A DNA stretch of 61,686 nucleotides from Candidatus Omnitrophota bacterium (GCA_043823745.1 JBDRAN010000012.1:1-61686), one strand, 5' to 3'. Counted from the first letter of the stretch, positions 47,281-58,053 are shown. Program-made: numbers and translations. Notes: generated by a model not told the origin, from the sequence alone.

Positions 47281-47970
47281 ATGAAAAAAGAACTTTTTAA
47301 AAAAATCAGGAAATATCATGAATTTATCAAAGAAAGATCAGAGATGGAGGACAATTCCGATTTGCCAATTCCTGAATTATTTGATAGTAATGATGAATAT
47401 GCTGGACTCTGCGTTCAGGCACAAGATACACAAGACGATATAGATAAATTGCTAATTGAGTTTAAGGATCGCCTTATTGATGGTTTGACTCCACTCGAAT
47501 TCAAAGAATTAGATTTCTTTTTGAAATCATCTGACCTAGGCTTTGATCAAAATATAGAACAATACCAACAATTTCGGTTCCTTATTTTCAAAGAAGAGGA
47601 AAAAAGGAATTTGAAAAAGGTAAAACGACTTCGTCTCTTAAGAAACGTAGATGTTCGAACAAGTTATCTTTACAATGAAGCTATCAGATGTTATACGAAC
47701 AGCGCTTTCAACGCTAGCTGTGTTTTATGTCGAGCGATAGCCGAAAATATTATTAAGGTTAAATCCAATGAGCCCTATGGGAAACCCCGCGATTTACTTA
47801 AAAAAATCCGTAATTCAAAATTAACCCGTTTATATAGTGAAATTGCCAAAAAGGCTAACAGGATTTTACATCATCCAAATGAGAAAACTAAAGAAGAAGA
47901 TGCTTTGAAGGCCGTGGTATTATTGCAGGATTTTATTAGTGAGAGTACCGTAGTCAGAGCTCTAAATTAG
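47281..47970 (+). CDS. Hypothetical protein with DUF4145/HEPN-like C-terminal domain
   Basis: YNEAIRCY...ASCVLCRAIAE...ANRILH. Confidence 0.65.
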   Translation: MKKELFKKIRKYHEFIKERSEMEDNSDLPIPELFDSNDEYAGLCVQAQDTQDDIDKLLIEFKDRLIDGLTPLEFKELDFFLKSSDLGFDQNIEQYQQFRFLIFKEEEKRNLKKVKRLRLLRNVDVRTSYLYNEAIRCYTNSAFNASCVLCRAIAENIIKVKSNEPYGKPRDLLKKIRNSKLTRLYSEIAKKANRILHHPNEKTKEEDALKAVVLLQDFISESTVVRALN

Positions 47971-48050
47971 AATTCCTGAATGAGGTAGATATCTAAGACG
48001 GCATTGCAAGATAGAATAGGGTTAATCTTTTTTTGCTGGGTATAAAAAAT

Positions 48051-49031
48051 ATGCGAGTTTTGTGTTCCTTATGTAGACGCCGAAGTTTTTTTGATAATGG
48101 GTGGTATCGTCAAAAAGAATTATCGTTCTGTCGAAAGTGCTGGCCGCGTTTGAATCCCACAGTAGCGTGGTTTGAAGAAAAAATAGAGCACTTACAGATT
48201 AGTATTGGAGACGTGCTAAAAAGAAAAAACACAATTTTTGAATATATAAGTAAGGGGCAGTTACGAAGTGGAATAGATGAGGGAAAACGGTTAACCGAAC
48301 GCGTTATCGAACATCTCGCGCTACCCAAAAGGGATATTCGATTTGAATTTAAGAAATTAGAGAGCAGCGTAGCAGGAACTGTTGAAAACACTGGATTGGG
48401 ATATTTAGTTAGTATATCACAAGAGCTGCAGGATAATTTTAGGGCTTTATCAGCAATCTTAGTTCACGAATTGATGCATATTTATCTTGGCAATCGAGGA
48501 TTGTATTGTAAATCTCAAGCTGACCGGGAAGAACTTACGGATCTTTCTTGTGTGTTGCTTGGTTTTGGGCAAGAAATGATAAATGCAAAAAGAGCATATC
48601 ATGTGGATAAGAAAACGCTTGGTGGAAGTGGGATTGGGTACGAGACCAGCTATCACAACCTTGGCTATCTTACCGAGGAGCAGATTGGTTATGCCCTCGG
48701 GTATTTTCTGAAAAATAATGATATAAACATGGAAGATATTAAAAGTTCGATTGATGAGCAATGTTGGTATATTGTTTTAGAAGGTGTCGCTCTTGAGAGA
48801 AAATTTCGGAGCGCCGTTATCGCACATAGAAAAGCAAAGATATTTTTATCAGAGCAGCTTTCAAAAAAGGAAATTTGTGAGTTTACGTGTCCGGTATGTT
48901 CTCTAAAAATGGGAGTGCCACGTGAAACGCTTGATAGAATAGGGATTCTTAAAGTAAATTGCAGAGGGTGTAAGTCGGAGATTCATTTTGATGGTAAGGC
49001 GATAGTTCGGTTTGTTGAGTTTTTAAAGTGA
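48051..49031 (+). CDS. HExxH metallopeptidase-like protein with terminal zinc ribbons
   Basis: ILVHELMH..E.LTD...LGFG, GYL; CxxC pairs at both ends. Confidence 0.65.
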   Translation: MRVLCSLCRRRSFFDNGWYRQKELSFCRKCWPRLNPTVAWFEEKIEHLQISIGDVLKRKNTIFEYISKGQLRSGIDEGKRLTERVIEHLALPKRDIRFEFKKLESSVAGTVENTGLGYLVSISQELQDNFRALSAILVHELMHIYLGNRGLYCKSQADREELTDLSCVLLGFGQEMINAKRAYHVDKKTLGGSGIGYETSYHNLGYLTEEQIGYALGYFLKNNDINMEDIKSSIDEQCWYIVLEGVALERKFRSAVIAHRKAKIFLSEQLSKKEICEFTCPVCSLKMGVPRETLDRIGILKVNCRGCKSEIHFDGKAIVRFVEFLK

Positions 49032-49166
49032 TTTTTGTCAAATCCATGGAAAGAACATTTTAGCTCTATTCAATTTTCTTGACAAAAAATAAAAGCGGAG
49101 TAGATTAAATTCATATTAAAGGTCGTCCCGAGTTGCGAAGGAGTAAATCCCGGACGTTAAAAAAGT

Positions 49167-49206
49167 AAAACCTTCATTGGTCAAGCTATGACCGGTGAAG
49201 GTTTTC
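49167..49206 (+). terminator. Strong hairpin in the leader of the protease gene
   Basis: aaaaccttcattggtca-agcta-tgaccggtgaaggtttt. Confidence 0.5.
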
Positions 49207-49237
49207 GTGTTTCAAGATGGAGTTTAGGATAAATTAA

Positions 49238-50476
49238 ATGCAAAATTTTCTTAAAATATTTCTGGTTATTTTACTCGTTGGTGCGTTTTTGTACACAAAC
49301 CACGAAATCTCCAAATTATCTAATCGGATTCAAAAGATAGAAAATAAACTCGGTGGCCCCAAGAGAATAGCGTGTAACGAAAAAGACACCATAGAGAAGG
49401 TGCGTCGATCAGTTGTCCGGGTTATCGGTGGTGAGTCTGAGGGGTCAGGTTTTGTGATTAAAAAGGGCGGCTTTATCTTGACTAACTTTCATGTGATTGA
49501 CGCTGAACCAAATCCAAAAGTCATATTGCCTGATAATACTTTTGAGACAGGAGAAGTCATCATGGCTGACAAGGATGCAGATCTTGCCGTGATTAAGATC
49601 AAAAAAGACCTTCCGACGGTTCAGTTCGCACGCCTTGGTTCAATGTGCCCTGCCGAAGAAGTCTTGGCCATAGGGTATCCGCTTGGGGGTGATCTGTCCG
49701 GTGAGTCGTTTGTTATCCGTGGGGCGTTCTCAAGAAGCACAAAAGATAAAGAAAACGGGGTTGAATATCTCCTGACCGATATGACTATGCTTTCCGGGAT
49801 AAGCGGAGGGCCGATGGTGAATATCTGCGGGGAAGTGGTTGGTATCAATACGGCTGGGTTAGTTTTGGGAGGAATGGGTTTGGCCGTTTCTTCCGATTCT
49901 ATATTCGAAAAATTCCGCCAGATGTCTGCCTCAAAGGACCGCCTAAAAGATGTACAGAGAATAGTTTTTGAACCTAATAAAAACGCACTTGAGGCCGTCA
50001 GGTGTTTTTATAATTATCTTAAGGCCAGGAGGCTTGAAAAGGCTTTTGAGCTCTTATCCGACAATTTTGTCAAGGGATACAGTTTTGAGCACTGGGCGCG
50101 GGGGTACCGGCCGCTACTTGATACGACCGTAGTCATAATCAAACCAGACAAAAAAATAGTGAGCAGAATACACGTCAAACTATCCACCAAAGACCTAGTT
50201 GACGATGAGATCGTATATAAGTATTTTGAAGGTTATTGGGATGTCCGGCAGATAAACGGAACATGGATGCTCTGGGACCCCAACATCAGTGAAGTCAAAG
50301 ATCCGGAACGGGACTGGTTTGTAGATCAGGAGATTAAAGAAGAAGTAGAGGAGTTCGCAAAAACTCATACGGATTTTGAAAAATATAGGACTGAAATGTA
50401 TAAAATATCGCGAGAACCAGGAAATGAAAATTTAAGCTTGCAGGAACTCTATGATAAAGCTAAAGAAAAGAAATAG
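49238..50476 (+). CDS. Membrane-anchored trypsin-like (S1C) serine protease
   Basis: GSGF, TNFHV, DADLA, GYPLG, GISGGP, GEVVGIN. Confidence 0.9.
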   Translation: MQNFLKIFLVILLVGAFLYTNHEISKLSNRIQKIENKLGGPKRIACNEKDTIEKVRRSVVRVIGGESEGSGFVIKKGGFILTNFHVIDAEPNPKVILPDNTFETGEVIMADKDADLAVIKIKKDLPTVQFARLGSMCPAEEVLAIGYPLGGDLSGESFVIRGAFSRSTKDKENGVEYLLTDMTMLSGISGGPMVNICGEVVGINTAGLVLGGMGLAVSSDSIFEKFRQMSASKDRLKDVQRIVFEPNKNALEAVRCFYNYLKARRLEKAFELLSDNFVKGYSFEHWARGYRPLLDTTVVIIKPDKKIVSRIHVKLSTKDLVDDEIVYKYFEGYWDVRQINGTWMLWDPNISEVKDPERDWFVDQEIKEEVEEFAKTHTDFEKYRTEMYKISREPGNENLSLQELYDKAKEKK

Positions 50477-50512
50477 CCGTTTTGTGAACGGTAGGCACTA
50501 AGGAGGAACGCA

Positions 50513-51301
50513 ATGAACACCCCTTTTTTAGAGACTGTAAAAGAAGCGCTTGCGAGCGAAGAAAAATCTTTATTGCAAGAAAACCAAGAATTGTTATTGC
50601 GGGATTCCGAATCAACGGTTGTCTTAAGTGTCAATGAAAAGGAGGTTTTATCTTTTGTTAACGAGTTACTTTTTAGGCATTTTTTCAGCAATGTTAAGGC
50701 CGGACACTATTACTGCGATCCTGCTAAGATAAATGAGTATTTTCACGAAAGTTCACAAAACCGGCTTGGGGGCATTAAAGAGGGGATGCTTTATCAATTA
50801 TTTTTAACATATTATACTTTTAAAATTAAAATTTTAGATTGGGGGAAGCAAATAGGAGATGGTATCGTCAAAAAAGTATTTCTTGACGAAATTGTGAACG
50901 GTATTGAAACGGAACTGGCTGCTTGTTTCTTTCCGACACCAGGGCCGGTTAATTTCTCCCCTATGATGCGACTCGTTTCTATTAAATCAAAATTAGAAAA
51001 TTATGCACCAGGCATAACGTTCGATGAAATCTTCGAAGTTATAATCCCATGTGGTAAATGTAAAGCCAAATTAAGGCTCTATGCCCATAAGGGGTTGGGT
51101 CGAGTCACTTGTCCGAATTGTAAACAAAGTTTTGTTTTTAATCCAATTGAAACACTTCAGTTGAAAATTGTTGCTGATATGTGTGAGATTTGGAAGAACA
51201 GAAGAGATTTACTAGATAAAAGTGCTGAAACCATATGGAGTCAGGAAAGAGATGTTCTAGAAAAAGAGATCGACCGGTGCAAAAATATGACTGATTTATA
51301 A
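50513..51301 (+). CDS. Hypothetical protein with zinc ribbon
   Basis: AGGAGG RBS; CGKC...CPNC. Confidence 0.6.
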   Translation: MNTPFLETVKEALASEEKSLLQENQELLLRDSESTVVLSVNEKEVLSFVNELLFRHFFSNVKAGHYYCDPAKINEYFHESSQNRLGGIKEGMLYQLFLTYYTFKIKILDWGKQIGDGIVKKVFLDEIVNGIETELAACFFPTPGPVNFSPMMRLVSIKSKLENYAPGITFDEIFEVIIPCGKCKAKLRLYAHKGLGRVTCPNCKQSFVFNPIETLQLKIVADMCEIWKNRRDLLDKSAETIWSQERDVLEKEIDRCKNMTDL

Positions 51302-51326
51302 GTGAGAGAACATCAAAAATAACCCA

Positions 51327-51537
51327 ATGTCCGCCTAAATGAGGTGGACATTTTGCATCTATCTATCCATCAAAGAGTTACGTAATTTCAAGCCAAGAAT
51401 GACCGGACAAAACGGACAGATTACGCGAGGAATTACCTCTCTAAAACCCTGATTTTATTGAAAATAGCCTTGATTGGGCTTATAATAATACCTGTAGATA
51501 GAGAGAGGTTTCCCCTCGCCTCATACGAGAGGGACCC
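51327..51537 (+). repeat. ~210-bp non-coding direct repeat, left copy
   Basis: ggtggacattttgcatcta...ggacaaaac.gaca...cgcgaggaa.acctctctaaa...agagaggtttcccctcgcc...gagggaccc, also at 60982-61368. Confidence 0.85.
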
Positions 51538-51809
51538 GTCTTTTTCGCTTTTAGCGAAAAAAACAGAGCAATTGAGCAATCGATAATAGAAAATAGAACA
51601 GGACTCAATTGCGGTCTATTGTTCAATTCTCTATTTTCAATTACAAAAGAGAGGTAGAAGCCCTGATTGAGATTAGTCAATCAGGGCTTTTTTATTACCT
51701 ATTTACAGAGAGTTTTTCTGTCGCGCCGCATTACCGGGGTTCTCATGGGAGTTACCCTAGTAAATATTCTGGCCTCATTAGCTGCCCAAAGGTCCTCTGA
51801 TGAGGATGC

Positions 51810-51859
51810 TTGACAATATATGGGTAGCATAGTACAATAGTTTCGATATACATAAACTA
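51810..51859 (+). promoter_or_regulatory. Sigma70 promoter with putative ArsR operator
   Basis: TTGACA-N17-TACAAT followed by the inverted repeat tagttt-N10-aaacta. Confidence 0.6.
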
Positions 51860-51886
51860 CGAAAATAGCTATAAAGGGGGATAACG

Positions 51887-52228
51887 ATGGATAAGAACAT
51901 GGAAGAGCGAATGTTTCAAATGCATGCTGAAGTTTGTAAAAGCATGGCTAATGCAACACGATTAAAGATTATGAATTTACTACGCGAGGGCGAAAAATCG
52001 GTTGAAGAACTGAGGGGTCGGTTAAACCTGCTCAAAGCAAATCTTTCTCAACACTTGAGTATTTTGCGCCAACGAAGAATTGTATCTACTCGGAGAGTCG
52101 GTTTAAATGTTTACTACAAAATAGCCAATCCAAAAATGATAAAAGCCTGTGATATTTTACGAGAGGTGCTTTTAGAACAGCTTCAAGAAAGCGGAAAATT
52201 AGTGCGAGACGTAACCAATAAAAGATAA
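51887..52228 (+). CDS. ArsR/SmtB family transcriptional regulator
   Basis: RLKIMNLL...E.SV.EL...NLSQHLSILR...V..RR.G..VYY. Confidence 0.93.
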   Translation: MDKNMEERMFQMHAEVCKSMANATRLKIMNLLREGEKSVEELRGRLNLLKANLSQHLSILRQRRIVSTRRVGLNVYYKIANPKMIKACDILREVLLEQLQESGKLVRDVTNKR

Positions 52229-52247
52229 TCCAAAAAGAGAGGTCAAA

Positions 52248-54548
52248 ATGCTTAGTAAATTAACCGAAATTGTTACCGGATTTCCTAAGACAACAATAGC
52301 TGTAGTGCTTATCGCCACTATTTTCTTTGCCATGCAGTTTCCAAAGATAAAAATAGATACAGACCCGGAGAATATGCTTGAACAGAAGCAATCTGATAGG
52401 GTCTTCTATGATAAGGTTAAAAAAGAATTCGGCATCAATGACCTTTTGGTGGTGGGCGTAGTTGACGAGAAAGGGATTTTTACTTCAGATACATTAAAAA
52501 GGGTTGCTAAAGCAACAGATGACATCTTAAAGATTAAAGGCGTGATTATCGAGGATGTAGTGAGTTTACGCACATCCGATAATGTAACTTCGGAAAGTGG
52601 GACTTTAGTAGTAAAACGTTTTATGGAAGAGGTTCCTCAAGGCCAGAAAGAAATAGAAAACCTTAAATCTGCCCTTTATGGAAATTCATTCTTTGCAGAT
52701 AAGATTATTTCTCGTGACGGAAAGGCAACTTCTATCTATATTCCTATTGAGAGAAAAGACCAGAGTTACCGCATATCTAAAGAAATAGAAAGAATCCTTA
52801 AAAAAGAATTAACTCCCCAGCAAAAGTATTATTTGGCTGGCTTGCCGGTTGCCGAAGATACATTTGGCAATGAAATGTTCGTCCAGATGGGTATTACCGC
52901 ACCTCTGGCAGGATTTTTTATAATGATACTTTTATTTCTAATTTTTAGAATGGGCATAGCTGTTGTCCCACCCATGCTTGATGCAATGCTAAGTGTCATC
53001 TGGACAATGGGGCTGTTGATTGGTTTGGGCTTTACCGTTCACATTATGAGTTCAATGATTCCTATATTCCTTATGCCCATTGCGCTTTTGGATGATATCC
53101 ACATCTTAAGTGGTTTTTTTGACCGTTATCTTACCATTAGAGATAAAAGAAAAGCTATAATGCTGACAATGAAAGATCTTTATCGGCCAATGTTCTTTAC
53201 CTCTATTACCTCGGCGGTTGGTTTTGGCTCATTAGCTTTGGCTGATATTCCGCCAGTAAGAGTATTTGGATTCTTTGTCGCCTTTGGCATAATGGCAGCT
53301 TGGGTTTTTACTAATACAATCGTTCCGGCAATTATCATGTTTATGAACGAAGAAAAGTTGGCCGCCTTTTTGGAAAAAAGGCAAAAGAAAACTTCGAGCC
53401 TTGACAAAATGCTTAAGGCATTTGGCAGATTTTCTTTTTATAGAAGCAAAGCTATCCTATTTGCCTCTCTAATAGTGCTTATTATAGGCATCATAGGTAT
53501 TTATCAGGTTCGTATCAATGATAATCCGGTAAAATGGTTTAAGTCGTATCATAAGATCAGAATCGCAGACAATATAATGAATAAGTTATTTGGTGGAACA
53601 TACACGGCTTATTTAGTGGCAGAAGGTGATAAAGAAGATGCGATAAAAAGGCCCGATGTGATGTCTTACATAGACAAACTGCAAAATCACCTCGAAGGTT
53701 TGAATATTGTTGGCAAGACCTCATCGGTTGCAGATATTGTAAAAAGGATAAATTATGTGCTTCACGATGATAGTAAAGGCTTTGATGTTGTGCCTAAAAC
53801 TCAAGCGGAAATAGGCCAGTATCTTTTCTTATTTTCAATGACCGGAGATCCGAATGATCTAGATAATTTCTTGGATTACAATTCACAAAAGGCAAATATA
53901 TGGATTCAGATGAAAGGGGGAGATGATACCCAGATGCGCCAGGTGGAAATATCCTCCTATAATTTCATGAAAGATAATCCCCCACCTAAAGAGATAACCG
54001 TCAGGTGGTCAGGCCTTACCTATATAAATAAGGTCTGGCAAAACTTGATGGTCTGGGGAATGCTTAAAGCAGTGCTGGGAAGCTTTCTTATCGTATTCTT
54101 ACTTATGGTGTTGGCATTTCGCTCGTTAAGATTGGGAGTTATTTCTATGCTGCCGCTGACTATTGCAATTATCTCTGCCTATGGGTTTGTAGGTTTTGCG
54201 GGCAAAGATTATGACATGCCTATCGCAGTCTGCGCAGCCCTGAGTCTTGGTATGGCTATTGACTTTGCGATTCATTACCTGCAGAGATTTAAGGTGGCGT
54301 ATTACGAACTTAAAGACATAGAGGCCGCTAACACGTTTATGGCTGGGGAGCCTTATAAAGCTATAATGGGTAATGCTATTGTTATCTCCTTAGGATTTCT
54401 GCCTTTAATAACCTCTACGCTCACACCATACGTAACCGTAGGGACATTCTTTGCCATTTTAATGTTATTTAGTACTTTAGCTACCTTAATTCTGCTACCA
54501 GCAATTATGAGATTATGGGGTAAATCTTTGTTCAAAGGGAGGATTTAA
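52248..54548 (+). CDS. MMPL/RND family transporter
   Basis: DTDPENML, duplicated TM blocks, DDIHIL, GMAIDFAIH. Confidence 0.9.
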   Translation: MLSKLTEIVTGFPKTTIAVVLIATIFFAMQFPKIKIDTDPENMLEQKQSDRVFYDKVKKEFGINDLLVVGVVDEKGIFTSDTLKRVAKATDDILKIKGVIIEDVVSLRTSDNVTSESGTLVVKRFMEEVPQGQKEIENLKSALYGNSFFADKIISRDGKATSIYIPIERKDQSYRISKEIERILKKELTPQQKYYLAGLPVAEDTFGNEMFVQMGITAPLAGFFIMILLFLIFRMGIAVVPPMLDAMLSVIWTMGLLIGLGFTVHIMSSMIPIFLMPIALLDDIHILSGFFDRYLTIRDKRKAIMLTMKDLYRPMFFTSITSAVGFGSLALADIPPVRVFGFFVAFGIMAAWVFTNTIVPAIIMFMNEEKLAAFLEKRQKKTSSLDKMLKAFGRFSFYRSKAILFASLIVLIIGIIGIYQVRINDNPVKWFKSYHKIRIADNIMNKLFGGTYTAYLVAEGDKEDAIKRPDVMSYIDKLQNHLEGLNIVGKTSSVADIVKRINYVLHDDSKGFDVVPKTQAEIGQYLFLFSMTGDPNDLDNFLDYNSQKANIWIQMKGGDDTQMRQVEISSYNFMKDNPPPKEITVRWSGLTYINKVWQNLMVWGMLKAVLGSFLIVFLLMVLAFRSLRLGVISMLPLTIAIISAYGFVGFAGKDYDMPIAVCAALSLGMAIDFAIHYLQRFKVAYYELKDIEAANTFMAGEPYKAIMGNAIVISLGFLPLITSTLTPYVTVGTFFAILMLFSTLATLILLPAIMRLWGKSLFKGRI

Positions 54549-54549
54549 A

Positions 54550-55359
54550 ATGAAGGCGATTAAGATACTCTTTGTAGTCAGTCTATTTATTTTTACTGGT
54601 TTTAACCGGAAATTGTCATTTGCCCAAGGTGAGTTATCCGCCGCCGACATTGTCGCTAAATCAAGGCTCGCTTTTTATTATGCCGGGGATGATATGCGAG
54701 CAAAAGTGATGATGGAACTTATAAATAAAAATGGGCAAAAGAGGGTACGAGAACTTACCATGTTAAGAAAAGATTATGAAGAAGGCGGGAATCAGAAATA
54801 TTTTATGTACTTTCATAAGCCGGTTGAAGTAAAGGATACTACCTTTATGGTTTATAAATACCCCAATAAAGATGATGACCGCTGGATCTTTATTCCTTCA
54901 ATTAATCTGGTAAAACAAATTGCTGCCAATGATAAATACTCCAGCTTCGTAGGCAGCGATTTTACCTATGAAGATGTCTCCGGTAGAAAAACCGACGAGG
55001 ATACTCACGTGCTGTTAAGAAAAGACAAATTGGAAAGCAGAAATTGTTTTGTTATCGAAAGCACTCCAAGAGGTTCATCTGAATACACAAAAATGATCTC
55101 TTGGATTGATGAGACGAATTTCCTGCCTTTAAAAGAAGAATTTTATGATAAGCAGAATGAACTCTACAGGCAGTTTGAGACACAAGAAACAAAAGATATA
55201 AATGGTATTTTAACAATAACAAAAAGGGTAATGAAGAATATAAAAACCGGTCATAGAACAGAAGTTATTTTTCAGGAGATCGAATATAATTTAGGGATAG
55301 AAGACAATATCTTTTCTGAACGATACTTAAGGAGACCACCCTTGGAATGGATAAGATAA
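54550..55359 (+). CDS. Outer-membrane lipoprotein-sorting (LolA-like) protein
   Basis: DDDRWIFIP...SSFVGSDFTYEDV motif; follows MMPL. Confidence 0.88.
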   Translation: MKAIKILFVVSLFIFTGFNRKLSFAQGELSAADIVAKSRLAFYYAGDDMRAKVMMELINKNGQKRVRELTMLRKDYEEGGNQKYFMYFHKPVEVKDTTFMVYKYPNKDDDRWIFIPSINLVKQIAANDKYSSFVGSDFTYEDVSGRKTDEDTHVLLRKDKLESRNCFVIESTPRGSSEYTKMISWIDETNFLPLKEEFYDKQNELYRQFETQETKDINGILTITKRVMKNIKTGHRTEVIFQEIEYNLGIEDNIFSERYLRRPPLEWIR

Positions 55360-56615
55360 AAATATTATTACTCATAATCGCCTCTTTTATTTTTATTCCC
55401 ATGGCTTTTGCTGAAGAACTATCATTGCACGGTTTCTTACAGACAGATTATTCAGTTAGAGTGAATGATGATAACCCGCAAGGCGCAAAGCAAGGAAATC
55501 TGATACTAGGTGAAGAAAGAGCGCAGATTAAAGCGTCATTCTATCCGCAAAAGAGCAAAATAGGAATATTCGTAAAATCTGATTTTTACCATGATTGGGT
55601 AGAAGAAGATTGGGCCTTTGATTTTCGGGAAGGATATCTCGATTTAGCGGAAGACAAATTTGGTTTAAGAGCCGGCCGCCAAATATACACATGGGGAGTG
55701 GGAGACCTTCTTTTTATAAATGATGTCTTTCCTAAAGACTGGGAGGCGTTTTACTCGGGAAGGCCGTTAGAATATTTAAAGATTGGCGTGGATAGCCTAA
55801 AGCTGGATGTCTATTCCGATATTATTTCCGCCGAGATAGTTGTTATGCCTTTTTTTGAGCCAAATGACCTTCCCTCGGTAGGTAGATTCCATTTTTTCGA
55901 CCCATATCCAAATATACCAAATAGAGAACTTGAAAAACCAGACTCCGCCTTTGAAAAAATTGGAAACATGGAATATGCCTTAAGGCTTTATCGTTATATC
56001 GGGGATTTTGATGTTTCAGCCTATGCTTATAAGGGTTTTTCCAGGTCGTCCGGGATGAAGACGAATAATTTTAATTCCCCTTCTGTTATTTCTCTTTTCT
56101 ATCCGGAATTAGCCGTTTATGGCTTAAGCGCTCAACGAAGCGCCTTAGGCGGCGTGGTGAGTACTGAATATGGCTATTATAACTCTTTGGATGATAGGGG
56201 CGGCAAGGATCCGGGTATTAATAATTCACAATCACGCTTTCTTATGGGATATCAAAAGGCATTCCCTGAGGATTTTACTGTTGGAATCCAATATTACGGT
56301 GAGCTGATGCACCGATACGGCCGGTATGAAGATAATCTTCCTTCTTCATTTACGAAGAGAAAACAGCTCCATCAATACATTACTTTAAGGCTTACAAAAT
56401 TACTTAAATATCAGACACTAAAACTTTCATTATTTACCTTTTATAGCCCGGATGAAAAGGATTTCTTAATAACTCCTGAAGTTAGTTATAACTTTACCGA
56501 TAATCTTCTTGGCAGCATAGGTATGAACATTTTTGCTGGGACCGAAGATGGTACCACATTTGGACAGCATAAAAAAGATAGTAACATTTATGTAACGGCG
56601 AGATATAGTTTTTAA
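55347..56615 (+). CDS. Outer-membrane beta-barrel (DUF1302-like)
   Basis: Signal peptide, REGYLD, GRQIYTWG.GD, C-terminal ARYSF. Confidence 0.75.
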   Translation: MDKIKILLLIIASFIFIPMAFAEELSLHGFLQTDYSVRVNDDNPQGAKQGNLILGEERAQIKASFYPQKSKIGIFVKSDFYHDWVEEDWAFDFREGYLDLAEDKFGLRAGRQIYTWGVGDLLFINDVFPKDWEAFYSGRPLEYLKIGVDSLKLDVYSDIISAEIVVMPFFEPNDLPSVGRFHFFDPYPNIPNRELEKPDSAFEKIGNMEYALRLYRYIGDFDVSAYAYKGFSRSSGMKTNNFNSPSVISLFYPELAVYGLSAQRSALGGVVSTEYGYYNSLDDRGGKDPGINNSQSRFLMGYQKAFPEDFTVGIQYYGELMHRYGRYEDNLPSSFTKRKQLHQYITLRLTKLLKYQTLKLSLFTFYSPDEKDFLITPEVSYNFTDNLLGSIGMNIFAGTEDGTTFGQHKKDSNIYVTARYSF

Positions 56616-56628
56616 TTGGGAGATATAA

Positions 56629-57810
56629 ATGCCGGAGATTTTAAATACAAAAAGATATAAATTAGATAAAAACGTCTTTACCCTAGGGTTAGTGAGTCTA
56701 TTCACTGATATCTCAAGCCAGATGATATATCCTCTGCTTCCTATTTTCTTATCTAGTGTCTTGGGGGTAGGGGTAGCATTTATTGGTTTACTTGAAGGAA
56801 TAGCCGAAGCTAGTGCCAGTATATTGAAAGTACTTTCCGGATGGTATTCCGATAAATTAAAGAAGCGCAAGCCCATAATTTTTTTAGGGTATAGCTTATC
56901 AACCATAGGTAAGCCTTTTCTTTATCTGGCTACTTTAGGCTGGCATGTATTGGCGGTTCGATTTATTGACAGGGTTGGTAAAGGAATACGCACATCTCCA
57001 AGAGATGCCCTTGTTGCGGATTCAAGCCTTCCTGAGCAAAGAGGAAAGGCATTTGGCATCCAGCGGGCTATGGATAGAATGGGTGCCTTCTTGGGCCCCT
57101 TGATTGCTTTTGCTATTCTACCCCTACTAAATAATAATCTGCGATTGGTATTTCTACTTGCCTTTTTTCCCGCACTCATTGCTGTACTTATTATAGTTTT
57201 CTTTCTGAAAGAAAAACGACACATTCAGGATCCGTCTAAACAAATAAAATCTATTTCATTAAAACATTTCAGCAGAGATTTTAAATTCTTTGTTTTGATC
57301 TTGGCAATATTTACTCTGGGTAATTCCAGCGATGCCTTTTTAATTTTAAGAGCGAAAGATTTAGGAGTAAAAATAGTACTTATCCCTATTCTTTGGCTTG
57401 TGTATAATTTTGTCAGCTCTGCTTCGTCAATTCCTTTAGGCCATCTCTCGGATAAAATAGGCAGAAGAAAAACCACACTTTTAGGATTTTTTGTCTATGG
57501 AGCAGTCTATTTAGGATTTGCTTTTTCTAATACGCAAAGTCTTATCTGGATTTTTATGGCTCTTTACGGTGTATACTACGGATTGAGTGAAGGTGTCTTG
57601 CGGGCATGCGTTGCCGATTTGGTGGAAGATAAATCAATTTTAGCAAGCGCCTACGGGATTTATCACACGGCGGTAGGCCTATGTATGTTCCCGGCAAGTT
57701 TGCTCATGGGAATTCTTTGGCAATCTTTTGGTCCGCATATAGCGTTTTCCGTTGGTGCCTCACTTTCACTTATCGCAGCCGTACTTTTGGCTATTTTTAT
57801 TCGGAGGTGA
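56629..57810 (+). CDS. MFS transporter
   Basis: SLFTDISSQM, GWYSDKLKKRKP, DRVGKGIRTSPRDAL, LSDKIGRR. Confidence 0.93.
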   Translation: MPEILNTKRYKLDKNVFTLGLVSLFTDISSQMIYPLLPIFLSSVLGVGVAFIGLLEGIAEASASILKVLSGWYSDKLKKRKPIIFLGYSLSTIGKPFLYLATLGWHVLAVRFIDRVGKGIRTSPRDALVADSSLPEQRGKAFGIQRAMDRMGAFLGPLIAFAILPLLNNNLRLVFLLAFFPALIAVLIIVFFLKEKRHIQDPSKQIKSISLKHFSRDFKFFVLILAIFTLGNSSDAFLILRAKDLGVKIVLIPILWLVYNFVSSASSIPLGHLSDKIGRRKTTLLGFFVYGAVYLGFAFSNTQSLIWIFMALYGVYYGLSEGVLRACVADLVEDKSILASAYGIYHTAVGLCMFPASLLMGILWQSFGPHIAFSVGASLSLIAAVLLAIFIRR

Positions 57811-57815
57811 TAAAG

Positions 57816-58002
57816 ATGACATTAGAAAAGAGTTTTGAGAGGCTTTGCAGGATTCTTTATTTTGATAAGTCTTATATTGGCTTATTTTGTCAGCCCAAAG
57901 TGGCTATGGTTCACAGCTTTTGTCGGTTTTAACCTTTTTCAATCCGCTTTTACAAATTGGTGCCCGATGATGCGGGTACTAAGAAAGTTTGGAGTGAGGT
58001 GA
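57816..58002 (+). pseudogene. DUF2892 (YgaP-like) membrane protein with +1 frameshift
   Basis: MTLE + RVLRGFAGFFILISL...WFTAFVGFNLFQSAFTNWCPMM; one extra A in gaaaaga; 187 nt = 62 codons + 1. Confidence 0.8.
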
Positions 58003-58053
58003 ATTTTAATATTCAGGAATGATGTCACGAAGACATTGTTACGGGAGGTGTCT

